64,000 nucleotides of DNA, taken from positions 7,192,001 to 7,256,000 of the forward strand of contig OX597816.1 in NCBI GenBank assembly GCA_951406725.2. The letters run 5' to 3'. Under the pieces are notes generated by a model, which saw nothing but the letters and a program-made list of their open reading frames with translations, searched no databases and was not told the DNA's origin. The stretch's first letter is position 1. Each line of letters begins with the position of its first letter. Of the stretch, positions 12,210 to 26,862 are shown piece after piece. Source of the DNA: Octopus vulgaris (Eukaryota). The translations under genes were made by a program, and so were the position numbers.

Positions 12210-12423
12210 GTTTCATGCTTATCTTTGTCATTGCCTGTATCCTATGAGCATAATATTCTTGTATATGTATGTCCAGGGTTAACATAGGTAATTGTACCGG
12301 TAGTATAACGGATATTTTTATCCCTTAGTCGGTTATTCCAACCTCTAACTCTACTAACTTTAGGTCCTCTTTTCTCTCTCTCTATATGTATGTATGTATA
12401 AATACGTGTATATATGTTACGTA

Positions 12424-12509
<86 letters not shown>

Positions 12510-13624
12510 CATACATTTTTATTTTTTGTCCCTTGTTACGACAATTAGTTTTACCATCTAATTCTTTTAAACAATCATCCTTCATTTACGAAAGATCATA
12601 TTGATATTCTCCTTGCTTCATACATTAATTATTTTATTGCTATCCGTGCCACTCCTTTATATTATGTCATCCTTTCATCCCTTTCAAGTCTATTGACATT
12701 CGAGACTGCAGACTGTACTTTACTCTCTCAATTTATCCACCTCTCAACCGCCATATTGCTATCGCCTTTCCTTTTGTCTTCTCCTTCCCTGTACAGCTTT
12801 GTTCTCATTCTGATCATTAAGATTTTCTTTGAAGCTACTCCAGACATGCATATCCTTGTTTATTTACGATGCTACATACTACGATGCACAGTTTTAATAC
12901 TGATTTATCTCCTCGACCAGACGACAACTGTCTGAATATCACGACAAACTTATGAATCCAACTTCTGAAATGATTTTATCAAGTGATACACTAAATCGTT
13001 AACATTTCTTTTATTTGCTCTCCTAACGGAAGAACAAATAAAAATTTATATTCACGATTCCAAGTGTAATAAGTATAAATGAGTGATTTGTTCCATAAGT
13101 TTCAGAACATTGCCCGTAATACAATCCGGGTCGACTGGAAAATAAGTTGAATTGATTAAGTCGTCCAAGGACAGCATCTACTTTTATTCCTAGGGATGGA
13201 TTGTTCAAGAGCGAATAACATCAGCGGATGAGATGATTATTCGAGTGTTTGTTTTTATTGGGATAATTAAATGGTGGTCTGTTTCTAGTAGGCGGAATGA
13301 ATCTTCATTTAATTCAAAGGGATTATATAAGAATCAAATAAAAACACGAACATTTCCTACTAATATATCTGTATAATGGTGAATTCATTTATGTTGTTAT
13401 TGTATTAGTTTATTCATAAAGGTCATAAGGACATGATCGACGATCTTTTATTATATATTCTAGAATGTATAAGCAACGTTAGAAACCTATAGCTTATATT
13501 CGTGTTTTCCAACTTGTTTAACGATGTATTACGCATACGTTATTGAAACAGCTGTAACCGAGGAATAAACGTGATAACGATACCTCCATGCTTTGCTTTT
13601 TATCTTTCATCTTTAATTTTCCAT

Positions 13625-13994
13625 CTTTTACTTGTTTCAGTCATTAAACTGCGGCCATGCTGGGGCACCGCCTTGGAGAAATTTTAATTGAATATATCGA
13701 TATCGATTATTATTAAACTGTGTTTTTTTTTTACCGGTATTTATCCTATCGGTTTCTTTTTTGCCGAACCGCCAAGTTAAGCGGGACATAAACTCACCAA
13801 CACCGGTTGTCAAGCGGTGGTGAGACAGACAGACACACGACGGGTTTTTCAGTTTTCGTCTACCAAATCCGCTCACAAGGCTTTGGTTGACCTGAAGTTA
13901 TAGCAGGAGACACTTGTCCAAGGTACCACGCAGCGAGACAGAAGCCGGAATAATACTGTTGGAAAGCAAGCTTCTTATCAAACAGCCATGCCTG
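13625..13994 (-). mobile_element. SINE family A, diverged
   Basis: Reverse-complement match to family A. Confidence 0.8.
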
Positions 13995-14063
<69 letters not shown>

Positions 14064-14261
14064 CCTATAACTATTTTCATATACAAATAAATATACACAC
14101 ACACAAATACACACAAACCCACACGTACTCATCTTCTGTCGTGGGGTATGCTAACGATTCTGCCAGCTTACCGCCTTAACAACAACAACAACAGCAACAG
14201 CAACAACAACAACAACAACAGCAGCAGCAGCAGCAGTATTATTAATAATAATGAGAAAACT

Positions 14262-17045
14262 GTCAATGTCGGGGTGCCGAAGGGAATTGAGCAAGCTTTG
14301 CTTATAAAATGCTCCAATGGGCTGCGCAAAATACAGCCTCTGGCAGTCAAGTCCAATTCCTGGAATTCGCGTGGCGAAACCGTTTGGAAGCAGCTGGAGA
14401 CGGGAGTGAAAAAGCGAGTGTCTGAGGCCTTCAAATAACCAGTGGTCCGGGTAGGCTGAATTCGTTAGCTTTGGATAGCAATCAGCCTAGGAGAAGGACC
14501 ACTCTGATTTCAAAACCAGAAGAAGTCGTTTTCCGCTTTGGTGGTTAACCTTGATAGAGATGGTATCTCGATAAAAAAATACTGATTTGTGATAACCTAA
14601 AAACGCACCTCATTTATGAGTGAAAATATCAAACGGAGCAGGTAATGATGAACGGGATTAGAGCCAATGGTAAAGGTGTCGGACTCGGTAGGCGTCCCAT
14701 TGTGCCATAGAGTGGCCGTGTCGTAATCCAGCCACTGCTAACCATGCTGCAAGGCAAAAGTGGAGGAAACAAGTAAACATGATCGTTCTGGAGTATTCCT
14801 TTCTGAGCGTCCCACTTGATGCAAATGGCGTACCAGTCAGAGGATAAAGACGACGAATGCACAGAGGATGGAAGGATATGAAACTGTTTGAAATCACAGA
14901 GCAGAGATTATATGACCAAGCAAGAGCAATATGAAAGAATAAGTGGTTATCAGAATTGGAGTTAAAAGCTATCGAAAGAAGGATATCTGTGGATGCTGAG
15001 CATATGAGAAACGAAAGTGGTGTGAGTGGCGAAAGAATCGAGATCAGAGAACAATTAAACGATGATCAGACAAGAGGCCGAATTTATGAGTGACTTCAAA
15101 AAGGTTGATCAATGGAGACTAAATTAAGAAACAAAGTTAATGATGTATGGGATGGAAGCACTCCGTCGGTTACGACGACGAGGGTTCCGGTTGATCCGAT
15201 CGACAGAACAGCCTGCTCATGAAATTAACGTGTAAGTGGCTGAGCACTCCACAGACACGTGTACCCTTAACGTAGTTCTCGGGGATATTCAGCGTGACAC
15301 AGAGAGTGACAAGGCCGGCCCTTTGAAATACAGGTACAACAGAAACAGGAAGTAAGAGTGAGAGAAAGTTGTGGTGAAAGAGTACAGCAGAGATCACCAC
15401 CATCCCCTGCCGGAGCCTCGTGGAGCTTTTAGGTGTTTCCGCTCAATAAACACTCACAACGCCCGGTCTGGGAATCGAAACCGCGATCCTACGACCGCGA
15501 GTCCGCTGCCCTAACCACTGGGCCATTGCGCCTCCCTAATGATGTATAGAAGCACATTGAAACAAAGAAGATCTCACAAACAAGCTCATCAAGGTTTCAA
15601 GAAGGACTGTTGCAGAAAGGATAGGATTGAAGATCAATGAGAACAGAATCTTGACGGAAAGACGAGGAAATAAACAGCCTTGGTGTTAAAAGGAGAATAT
15701 CAGAAGATTTATGAACAAGTGTCCAATACTTGTGAGGAAAAGAAAAGGAGAATTGAAGAATGGTTGTAAATCTGAAAAGCTAAAGAAGTATGTTAATACA
15801 AAAGGACACGGAATATTTTGAATGAAGAGCTGAGGCAGAGCAGATTTGCTGAGAAAGCAAAACTAACCAGGTTTGAGCAACGGATTAAACAATACCAGGA
15901 AAACCGATCGTTGAGAATCGAACAAAAAAAGATTTTGTTAAGAAAATAAATGATGATTTAGCATGCAAAAAGATTAGTTTTTGATGCGGATGAAAGTCAA
16001 CAGTTTTGGGATGAGATATGGAGTAAGAAAGAACAATATAATACTGAATCTGAATAGTTCTGCAGTCTGAAGCAAACAGCTTCTTATCGGCAGCAAGAAG
16101 CTATCCTTTTTACCGAATACAGTATCAGAAATATGAACAAAAAGATGAACGATTGCTTGCAAAGCAGCAGAACCTGACGGTCTGCAGGGATTTTGGATTA
16201 AAAAAAAGGTTAACTTGGTGGAAAAAATAGATTGCAGAACAATTTAATGCATTGATTAGTGGAATAGAAGAAATTCCAAGGTGGTTGACTAGAGAACGAA
16301 CGGTGTTGTGCTTGAAGGATGTACCGAAAGGAAAAACTGCCGACAATTACGGGCCAATTCCTTGCCTTCCATTTATGTGGAAGTTACTGTCAGGAGGAAT
16401 TGCAGAAGAAATGAACAAATTTCTTGATGATAATGACATTTTGCTAATGATACCCAAAGTTTGTCGGAGAAAATACCAAAGACCAATTATTGATGGATAA
16501 AATGGTAATGCAAGATTGTAAGCGAAGGAGGACAAACTTGGGAATGACCTGGACTGATTACTGCAAAGATTACAATATGATTCCTCAATCGTGGCTCAGG
16601 GCTTAGATTTGTTTGGAATTACAAGGAATGCAACGTATTTTCTAAAGAGAATTATGGAGGGCTAGAAAAGTGAGTTGACATCGCACGGATAAAGTTCGGG
16701 CACTCTGGGCATCAAGAGAGGGATTTCTGAAGGGGATAGCTTATCTCAGTTACTTTTTATACTTTGCATGATCCCTCTGACCTTGGTGGCGAAGAAAGTG
16801 AATCTGGGATATCCGTTCAAAGCAAAAATACAAAGGATCAACCCCCCTCCTCTTCATGGATGATTTGAAGGCAAGGATGAGGTACAAGGGAGTTCCTTGG
16901 CGAACACGGTCCACTGCTTTTTGGTGCCGATGTTAAGATGGAATTCGGACTCAAAAAATGTGGAATAATGAGTCTGAAAAGAGGTAAAGTACAGTCCCTA
17001 GCAGGGATAATTTTACCAAATAGGGAAGTAATGAAACAAATTGAT
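14262..17045 (+). mobile_element. Decayed R4/Dong-clade LINE (5' region + RT), interrupted by SINE C
   Basis: Fragments RTVLCLKDVPKGKTADNYGPIPCLPFMWKLLSG, KRGISEGDSLS, LLFMDDLK, MEFGLKKCG. Many stops and frameshifts; ends in (TAA)n. Confidence 0.85.
15153..15535 (-). mobile_element. SINE family C, full length, TSD TAATGATGTAT
   Basis: Reverse complement of 6275-6650; duplicated flank. Confidence 0.92.
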
Positions 17046-17064
17046 AATAATAATAATAATGATG

Positions 17065-17132
<68 letters not shown>

Positions 17133-17133
<1 letters not shown>

Positions 17134-17650
17134 GACTTTTGAGCATAACTGATTGGAAGTGTTATCATTTACATGTTTTCCCTTGGTATAAAAGATGGGC
17201 TACAGCAAATATTCTGCTCAATACCACAGATTTGCTTGTCAGTTGCTTGACCTTAACCAGTGGAGCCATGTCCCTTAGTGGCTGACGATATGTGCATCTC
17301 TGATCACGAGCAGAAGTAGTGGGGGAGCAACATAGCCATGTGTTGAGAGGGATTCTTTGGGGTTTGAATAATTCACCTCTGGAAACATGGGTGTTTCGTT
17401 CAACATCCTTAAACAACCCTTATTTGGGGACCTTTTGAGCGGGATGGGCTACTCAACCTGAAGAAAATTCTAACTGGGCCCCACCTACAAGGTCATGCAC
17501 TGTCTAACTTGGTATGAGAACACCATATCGCTCACATTGGTTGTGATGTATGTGCCTGGTGTACTCTTATCAGACGGGTAGTCATGACGGGTATATTGGG
17601 CTTCGTATATTTGTACCCCAGCGTCACTTTGATGGTATACTCTCTCACTA
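17133..17650 (+). mobile_element. Family E non-coding retroposon in (TAA)n
   Basis: Homologous to 21080-21629 (-) and 47521-47930 (+). Confidence 0.85.
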
Positions 17651-18094
17651 TAATAACAACACGTGTCCACCGACTAAAATAGAAGCTACTGCCCCTACCT
17701 ACATCGACTGACCACTGACACTTTACCTACAAGATTTCTTACACGAAACTATTTCTGGCTGCTCGATATCCGTGTTGTGAGTGGAAGCAACTGACGCGGT
17801 TTATATTTTCCGGTTGTCAATCAACAATGATTCACCGCAAGCGAACTCGGACGGTGCTGTTAGTCACACATCTGTGAACTTATAAAACACAGCAATCATC
17901 AGTTGACTGCTATTTAATGAATAACCAACACTAATCATTTACTAAATATTTGTTGGTTCTCTTGAATGAAATTAGTAGACATAAATGTCCTGCCTTTCGG
18001 TGAGGTGGTAGTTAAGGATTTTTCAAAACCGTTTCACAGGTGAAAACTTCTCTACGTTGTATACGCGTCACCATCGTTCGTATGGTATTGACTA

Positions 18095-18322
18095 AGGCGA
18101 CAAGCTGGCAGAATCGTTAGCACGCCGGGCGAAATGCTCAACGGTATTTCGTCTGCCGCTACGTTCTGAGTTCAAATTCCGCCGAGGTCGACTTTGCCTT
18201 TCATCCTTTCGGGGTCGATAAATTAAGTACCAGTTACTCACTGTGGTCGATGTAATCGACTTAATCCGTTTGTCTGTCCTCTCTGTGTTTAGCCCCTTGT
18301 AGGTAGTAAAGAAATAGGTATT
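18095..18322 (+). mobile_element. SINE family B monomer
   Basis: Head plus one body, ending AAGAAATAGGTATT. Confidence 0.9.
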
Positions 18323-18794
18323 GACTACCAGTCGTAAAACGGGTGTCCCACACAGCTTTGATGCACAGAACAAGCACACACACACTCACACACACACGCA
18401 CACACACACACACAAACACACACACATGCGCGCGCGTGCGTAATATACATATACTCTATTCTTTTACTTGTTTCAGTCATTTGACTGCGGCCATACTGGA
18501 GCACCGCCTTCAAGGATTTTAGTTGGAGAGATCGCCGCCTAGTATATGGATCAAAACAGTTTGATTTAAATATATATTTTCCGGTCGTCAATCAACAATG
18601 ATGGCGGTATTAGTCACACATCTGTGAACTTATCAGCGATGCTAGTCGCCAGCCATTTTGAAAATTCAAAATGACGACTAGCATCGCGCTTGAAACTCTA
18701 GAGTACCAACGAATTTGAATCAAAATGTTTTGATTCATACATGTAACTCCCAATAAATTGGTTGAGTGCCTTTCTTTCGTTTGTCCACTCACTC

Positions 18795-18920
<126 letters not shown>

Positions 18921-20174
18921 AATTAAATATATTTTTATAAAACATATAACTAGATCTCAAAAAGTATAAAAATGAATAATCAATATATAATAAGTAAAAA
19001 ATCTACGCACGTTTCATGGCTACAATTAAATTCGAATTACAATTAAATTTAAATTTGATTGAAATAAATTCAATCTAAAATTATAGTCAATCTTCAGGTT
19101 AATAATAATAGTTAAATAAATAAGCAAATAGAGTTAAACAATATTTATTTAAAAAATAAATAAAATAATTTTTCTTATAGAAAAAACTCCATAAACTAAA
19201 TTTGAAACTTAAAACATTAGAGTTATTTCCTACAACACATTTATTATGTTAAATGTTTAATATTTAAGGTAAAAAATAGAGTAAATAGATAGAAATATGT
19301 ATTTATCTGTAAAGATATAATTTAGCTTAAAAAAACATTAATAAACTCTCGAATATATTTAACTCAGTTATACTCCAATATTTAATAACCAAATTATTTA
19401 ACAAAATAATCACTATTAATATTTTAAAATTTTAGTTCACATATAATAATTATAAAATAGCAATAATATATAATAAATCTGTTTACTAATTATAAAATAA
19501 TAAATACATAAAAATAAGTATCTAAATTATAATCAACTAATATAGCAATTAAAAATCTAAAATATTTTCTATCAATAAACGTATAAACATATACGCACGT
19601 ACGCATATGTATTTACACACACACACACACACACACACATAGCCTCGTAAGGTGTTTCACTCAGCATTGCCAAGGAAGGAAACATTCATCAAACCATATA
19701 GTGCTCCCACTGCTTACAACAAGGAATCCCACCATTAAACGGTTTTTATTTCCTGCTTCGAGGACTGTCGAGAGTTAGAACAAGTGCATCGCAGTGCTGG
19801 CGACAGGATACGAACCATCGACCTATCTATCGGTATATTGAAACCAATCAGCTCGAGAATTAGTGAATATCGATGGGTAAGAACGAAACAAAGGCAATCG
19901 AATTTATTGTTGTTGTTGTTGCTGTTTGGTAGCTACAAACTAATCGATGTCTATATTAATTTTGAGTAAATAAAGATGGCAGTAGACCAACACAAGTGAT
20001 TCTCCTTTCGAATCTGTTTCCAGGTCAAATGTTGTGAAGGGCGGGGCGGGGAGGAAGTGGAATCGATCGATCGAATCAACGAAGCCTGGTTTGTCCATAA
20101 GATTGCCTTGAATTATCACTTTTGTTTTAATTAGACCCAAGGATCGGCTCTATATAATAATAGTAATAATATTG

Positions 20175-20226
<52 letters not shown>

Positions 20227-20666
20227 TGATGATAATCATTATCGTCGATATTCTTGTTGTAGTTAAACCGTTGTTGTTGTAGTTGTGGCTATTGTCATTG
20301 TTATTCTGTTCCGGTCTGTGGATATAACTCTTTAAACAAACGTTATCGCAACCGAAGTACGAAATCAGATACACCGTCTATTGTACTCCCAAACAATCAA
20401 ATTACTATTCATCAGATAATTGGCCGATAAGGGAACAAACCCGACGAAACAACAAACTCTAGGTACACACACGGGCGCGCTCGTGTCTGGTAAAAATGCT
20501 CAACGGCATTTCATTCGGCTTTACGTTCTGTGTTCAAATTCCGTCGAGGTCGACTTTGCCTTTCATCCTTTCGTAATAGATTAAAATAAGTACCAGTCGA
20601 TCACTGGGGGATCAGTGTCATCGACTTTCACCTCCCCCTAGAATTGCTGGCCTTGTGCCGAAATTA

Positions 20667-20727
<61 letters not shown>

Positions 20728-20751
20728 CATTGTCATTTACTTTTAATCTGC

Positions 20752-20834
20752 ATGTTTGATGCAATCACCTGCCGGGGCACACCCAGCGCCCTAGGGCAAG
20801 TGGGTGTGCCCCGGCAGGTGATTGCATCAAACAT
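20752..20834. repeat. Perfect 34-bp inverted repeat with 15-nt loop inside (TTA)n
   Basis: ATGTTTGATGCAATCACCTGCCGGGGCACACCCA at 20752-20785; exact reverse complement at 20801-20834. Confidence 0.95.
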
Positions 20835-20845
20835 TATTATTATTA

Positions 20846-20928
<83 letters not shown>

Positions 20929-20956
20929 TTTATTATCATTATTATTATTATTATTA

Positions 20957-21629
<673 letters not shown>

Positions 21630-21682
21630 TATTATAATTATAATTATAATTACTATTATTATTATTATTATTATTATTATTA

Positions 21683-22163
21683 TGTTTTTTCCTTCTTTCT
21701 TCAAATTTTCTTCCGTTTCTCGCCGAGTGTTTTCCATACACCTAGGGCAGAGAAGCTCATTGTATGCATTCCCAGATTACACGCGCAAATTCACAGATAA
21801 AATATGTAATTAAAAATTAATAAATAAATAAATTCATGGATGGATGTTATTTTCACAGCGATAGTGCTCTTCTCAGTACATGAGCCGTTCCAGTTAATAC
21901 GATTTTTTGCACTTCCTGTAGGGATGGTAAGCCTGGAATCATTTTCAAATAGGTTTCAGTACCTTTTTTTATCATTCCTAGAGATCCTACAATCACTGGT
22001 ACTGTAGTCGCCTTGAGATGCCACATTTTTTCAATTTCTATTAGCAAGTCTTTATATTTACTAATCTTGTCAAATTCTTTCGCCGCTATATTGTGATCAC
22101 AGGGAATACTCATGTCAATTAATAAACACATCCTTTTTGTCTGATCTTTTATAATAATATCCG

Positions 22164-22166
<3 letters not shown>
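21683..22166 (-). mobile_element. R4/Dong-clade element 3' end with restriction-like endonuclease domain
   Basis: PDIIIKDQTKRMCLLIDMSIPCD...KISKYKDL..EIEKMW..VPVIVGSLG..QKIVLTGTAHVLRR; TAA repeats on both flanks. Confidence 0.9.
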
Positions 22167-22220
<54 letters not shown>

Positions 22221-22314
22221 TATTTATTTTATTCAATTTCAGAGAAAAATGAAGCAAGTCTTTAATAATTCCAGAGCATGTTGAACTTATTTTGTGCGTG
22301 ACTTTTGGTCCACC

Positions 22315-22351
<37 letters not shown>

Positions 22352-22557
22352 TTTATAAGTGTGAATTTGTCTTTGTGTGTGGTGTTAGTTTTATTTACGT
22401 TCCCTGTAACTTACCGGTTCGTCAAAAAGTGATCGATATAATAAGTACCAGGCTTTAAGACTTAAACGCTGGCGTCGATTCGTTCGCTTAAACCCGTCAA
22501 GGCGATGCCCCAACATGGCTGCCGTCCAATGACTGAAACAAGTAAAAGGTAAAAGAT

Positions 22558-22598
<41 letters not shown>

Positions 22599-22682
22599 AT
22601 ATATATTGTTCTTAAACAAGAAAATTATTGATAGTGACTTCGAAGTTTCGGCCAGGTAAGCCAAAGAAAATATATATTACAT

Positions 22683-22846
22683 AGGCACAGGAGTGGCTGT
22701 GTGGTAAGTAGCTTGCTCACCAACCACATGGTTCCGGGTTCATTCCCACTGCGTGGTACCTTGGGCAAGTGTCTTCTACTTATAGCCTCGAGCCGACCAA
22801 AGCCTTGTGAATGGATTTGGTAGACGGAAACTGAAAGAAGCCCATC

Positions 22847-22921
<75 letters not shown>

Positions 22922-23109
22922 TGTGTATGTGTTTGTGTGACTGTGTTTGTCCCCCAACATCGCTTGACAACCGATGGTGGCAATAGAGACCGACAGAATA
23001 AGTACTAGGCTTCCAAAGAATAAGTCCTAGGGTCGATTTGCTCGACTAAAGGCGGTGCTCCAGCATGGCCGCAGTCACATGACTGAAATAAGTAAAAGAG
23101 TGAAAGAGT
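22683..23109 (+). mobile_element. SINE family A (preceded by a 3'-half copy at 22360-22557)
   Basis: Match to family A. Confidence 0.9.
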
Positions 23110-23285
23110 ATTACAATGAAATAGCCAAGGTAATGGAGGGAAAACTATTTTAAGTGACATCAGGTTTTAGAATCTCGTGCTCGGTGAGAGGGTCCTGTTG
23201 TTTGTTCCCTGACCCCCATGGGTTCAGTTTGGATATGAGAATATGAGTTACGAGTGTAGTGATACTAAGAATAATGAAATGAATT

Positions 23286-24068
23286 AAAGCAGCGAACTGG
23301 CAGAAACGTTAGCACGCCGGGCGAAATGCTTAGCGGTATTTCGTCTGCCGTTACGGTCTGAGTTCAAATTCCGCCGAGGTCGTCTTTGCCGTTCATCCTT
23401 TCGGGGTCGATAAATTAAGTACCAGTTACGCACTAGGGTCGATGTAATCGACTTAATACCTTTGTTTGTCATTGTTTGTCCTCTCTATGTTTAGCCCCTT
23501 GTGGGTAGTAAAGAAATAGGTATTTCGTCTGCTGCTACGTTCTGAGTTCAAATTCCGCCGAGGTCGTCTTTGCCGTTCATCCTTTCGGGGTCGATAAATT
23601 AAGTACCAGTTACGCACTGGGGTCGATGTAATCGACTTAATACCTTTGTTTGTCATTGTTTGTCCTCTCTATGTTTAGCCCCTTGTGGGTAGTAAAGAAA
23701 TAGGTATTTCGTCTGCTGCTACGTTCTGAGTTCAAATTCCGCCGAGGTTGATTTTGCCTTTCATCCTTTCGGGGTCGATTAAATAAGTACTAGTTACGCA
23801 CTGGGGTCGATGTAATCGACTTAATACCTTTGTTTGTCATTGTTTGTCCTCTCTATGTTTAGCCCCTTGTGGGTAGTAAAGAAATAGGTATTTCGTCTGC
23901 TGCTACGTTCTGAGTTCAAATTCCGCCGAGGTTGATTTTGCCTTTCATCCTTTCGGGGTCGATTAAATAAGTACTAGTTACGCACTGGGGTCGATGTAAT
24001 CGACTTAATACCTTTGTTTGTCATTGTTTGTCCTCTCTGTGTTTAGCCCCTTGTGGGCAATAAAGAAT
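23286..24068 (+). mobile_element. SINE family B tandem array: head + 4 x 184-bp bodies
   Basis: Unit starts at 23335, 23519, 23703 and 23887. Confidence 0.95.
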
Positions 24069-24141
24069 TAAATGATGAAATGAATTGAGTCTTCGATTTC
24101 TAACTTGTACAGAAACAGAGTTGTTGTTTAATTAGGCACGA

Positions 24142-24280
24142 CTAGGATCAAACGCTGTAATCTCATGATTAAGATCGAATTTTATAATCCCCCGATTAGG
24201 TTTAAATGTTATAATCCCAAAATTAGGATCAAATTTTATAATCCCATGATTAGGATCAAGTGTTATAGTCCCTCGGATTA
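24142..24280. repeat. ~27-bp minisatellite, ~5 diverged units
   Basis: Consensus TTAGGATCAAATTTTATAATCCCATGA. Confidence 0.75.
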
Positions 24281-24399
24281 AAATGTAATTTGCCTAATTG
24301 ATGTAAATTGCTTATTTTTTTAGGTGTATCCCTTCATGTTTTCTACAGAATTTAAAGGCAGCACCGACTTATGACGTTTCTTCTATGAATGCATCTTTA

Positions 24400-24860
24400 T
24401 TTTATTTCTATGATGTGGAAATTGTTCCGACAGTATTACCCGAATGATGTCGGTATCACTTTTAAGATCCACCCAAGGCTTCGTCCCCGTGCCATGCGTC
24501 CTCTACAGAAATCGTGCTCTCAGCACATCACAACACTAAGACAGAACTACTTCTCCTCAACTGGACTCTGCTCTTTTTAACATCATTCCAAAACATATAA
24601 AGGAGGAAAAAGATTCCATAACCTTCAGAAAGTTCCTGGATGAATATCTCCAACAAATTCCAGATAAACCACCTACACCAAGAAATATACTGCTGCAAAC
24701 AACAGCTCTTTAATCGAATGGGCAATGGTGCCTAGAAATAACTACACAAAAATACATTCCTAAATGTCTTTTCCAATTGTGCTATTAAGTTAGCTATGGC
24801 CTGGGCCCGTGTGGCCCCGTGTGGCCCCGAAACCTATCTAAGCTTCTAAGTATCTGAGTA
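24400..24860 (+). mobile_element. CR1-type LINE 3' fragment
   Basis: Translation ..YFSSTG..LFNIIPKHIKEEKDSITFRKFLDEYLQQIPDKP; tail GTGCTATTAAGTTAGCTATGGCCTGG..GAAACCTATCTAAG. Confidence 0.7.
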
Positions 24861-25314
24861 ACTATGAAGAATGCAATTGAAGATGTTTCGTATAGGAAAC
24901 GCCATAACTTTCTGTTCAGACCCTAAATTCTAAAGAAAATAAAAAATGAAAACATTTCATGTTACGTTGTTCTGTGATCACTTCGACGCCTGACTTGTGG
25001 TACACGGTGCGCCTGTCCAGGCGACATCGATTCGATGGCGAGAGTGCGCTAATGTACGGCCCACATATGTTTTGCTCAAGAACACAACACACCACCCGGT
25101 GTAGGAATTATAAAATTAGGAATTTCCCTTCATCAAACAGAACTGTACAGAGATAATAGGCTGTTGGAAAACCTTCGATAAAAACATGTCGAACATATTT
25201 GATAATTTCAACGAAACAATCATCGTCAGAGTTGTAAACTTCCAAGATGTCAATTTACATACAGAGTGTCAAACGTGGAACTCATTAATACTAATAAAAT
25301 TATATATTCTTATT

Positions 25315-25543
25315 TTTACGGAGATGTACTTGCGTAGCAAGTGACCTGATCTGAGATCGTGTGCTGGAACGAAAACAATTGCAGCGTGGAAGGTGTTTAT
25401 AAGCCTGTTCACTGACAAAGCTCCGTCGCGGTCTCAAAGCGACGAAAATATTTTGACAAATTAAATTTAAATGTTGAAGTGAATCTAACGGTTTTTGTGT
25501 GTTTCTTAAATGGCTTATAAATACCTTCCACGCTCCAATTGTT
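25315..25543. mobile_element. Internally deleted copy of the palindromic PLE-like element at 45351-45712
   Basis: Same leader TTTACGGAGATGTACTTGC..GAGATCGTGTGCTGGAACG and same arms. A third fragment lies at 32821-32870. Confidence 0.85.
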
Positions 25544-26862
25544 TATATATATTCTTAGATTTTTAACCATTTGAGGCCGTGTGTGGCTTATTAATACAAC
25601 ATGCTTTCTTCTGCAGAAGACGGGTATGGCTTATTGACACGCCGCTAAATTCTAAAGACGGGTGTGGTATATAGGACATATTTGTGTCATAAGCTAATTG
25701 ATTGATTATCATCTGGTACTTTTCCCCCCCTTTTTATTTTTGTATTCCGCATGAAAAGACTTGCTATTTATACCCGAACTTATGGGGTTAGGAACTTAAT
25801 TAGTACTATCATTTGAGAAAAAAAAAACCCCGTCAACTATTCTCCAAAAAACAAACTTTTGATAAGATGTCTTCCCTTTTAGAATAGCATATTAATTGCT
25901 GGTAGGGACACCGTATTTCGTAAAGCAACCGTAAGATACTACAAAGTATATTACAGGATTTTAAGTCTTCACCGTGTCCCATATTATGTTACCAACACTA
26001 TTCAATCATTTTTTAAAGTTATCTCAACAGACTTTCCGTCCAAACTAGGGTCAGCGCTCTTCTTGTTTTGGTGTTCGTTTTCATTTACCAACAAATCAGC
26101 ATTACTGCTGCAGCTGCTGCTGCTGTTGTTGTTGTTGTCTTTGTGGTCTGTCATGTTGTTTACGCCCTGTCAGCTACTTTCTATTGTTACCTATTCATGC
26201 GTTTCACCATTTCGCACCTGAAGGTTTGCTATCTGTTTTTTCTTTCTCTAAGTACATCGACCTGCATTCTCCACACAAATACATATCAACCTACTTCCAT
26301 ATCTACAAGATGATTGATTGATTTTGTGAAATGCTAGCTTTGTCACATGAGATATCACTGCATTATAGCCACTAACACTCCTATAAACACGTACACCACA
26401 CCCTAATAATCCATCATAAACAACCTAGTAATAAACTAGAGTAAAATGGCCGGAGACTATCTCAACTATATCAGAGGGTCTTCTATAAGACTTTCCATCA
26501 AAAAGTTACTTGCAACTAAGTAGGGGTTTGATTTGGGTATATTCCTTTTATCATGTGGTTTTACTGCGGGCCCAGACTAAAACATGAGGTCCTCAACTGT
26601 TCAACAGCCAACCCAAAGAAATCTATAATATAAAAGGAACCTACACTGAAACATTCAAATAAACATTGGAGGAACTGCTAACGGCAGCACCGAACCAACC
26701 AATCCTTCAAAGATTCATTCAGGGAAGATCAACAGCTGAAAACTGAATCACAGACCAACTTCCAACCATAAAACGACGACAAAACTGATAGAAAAGGAGC
26801 GAAGGTTGTGCTCCAGCATGACCGCAGTCCTGCGACTGAAACCATTAAAAGAATAAAAGAAC

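Noticed and set aside
23286-24068. CRISPR-like or satellite interpretation of the 184-bp arrays
   Set aside because: There are no unique spacers and the context is eukaryotic. The units are SINE bodies also present as monomers.
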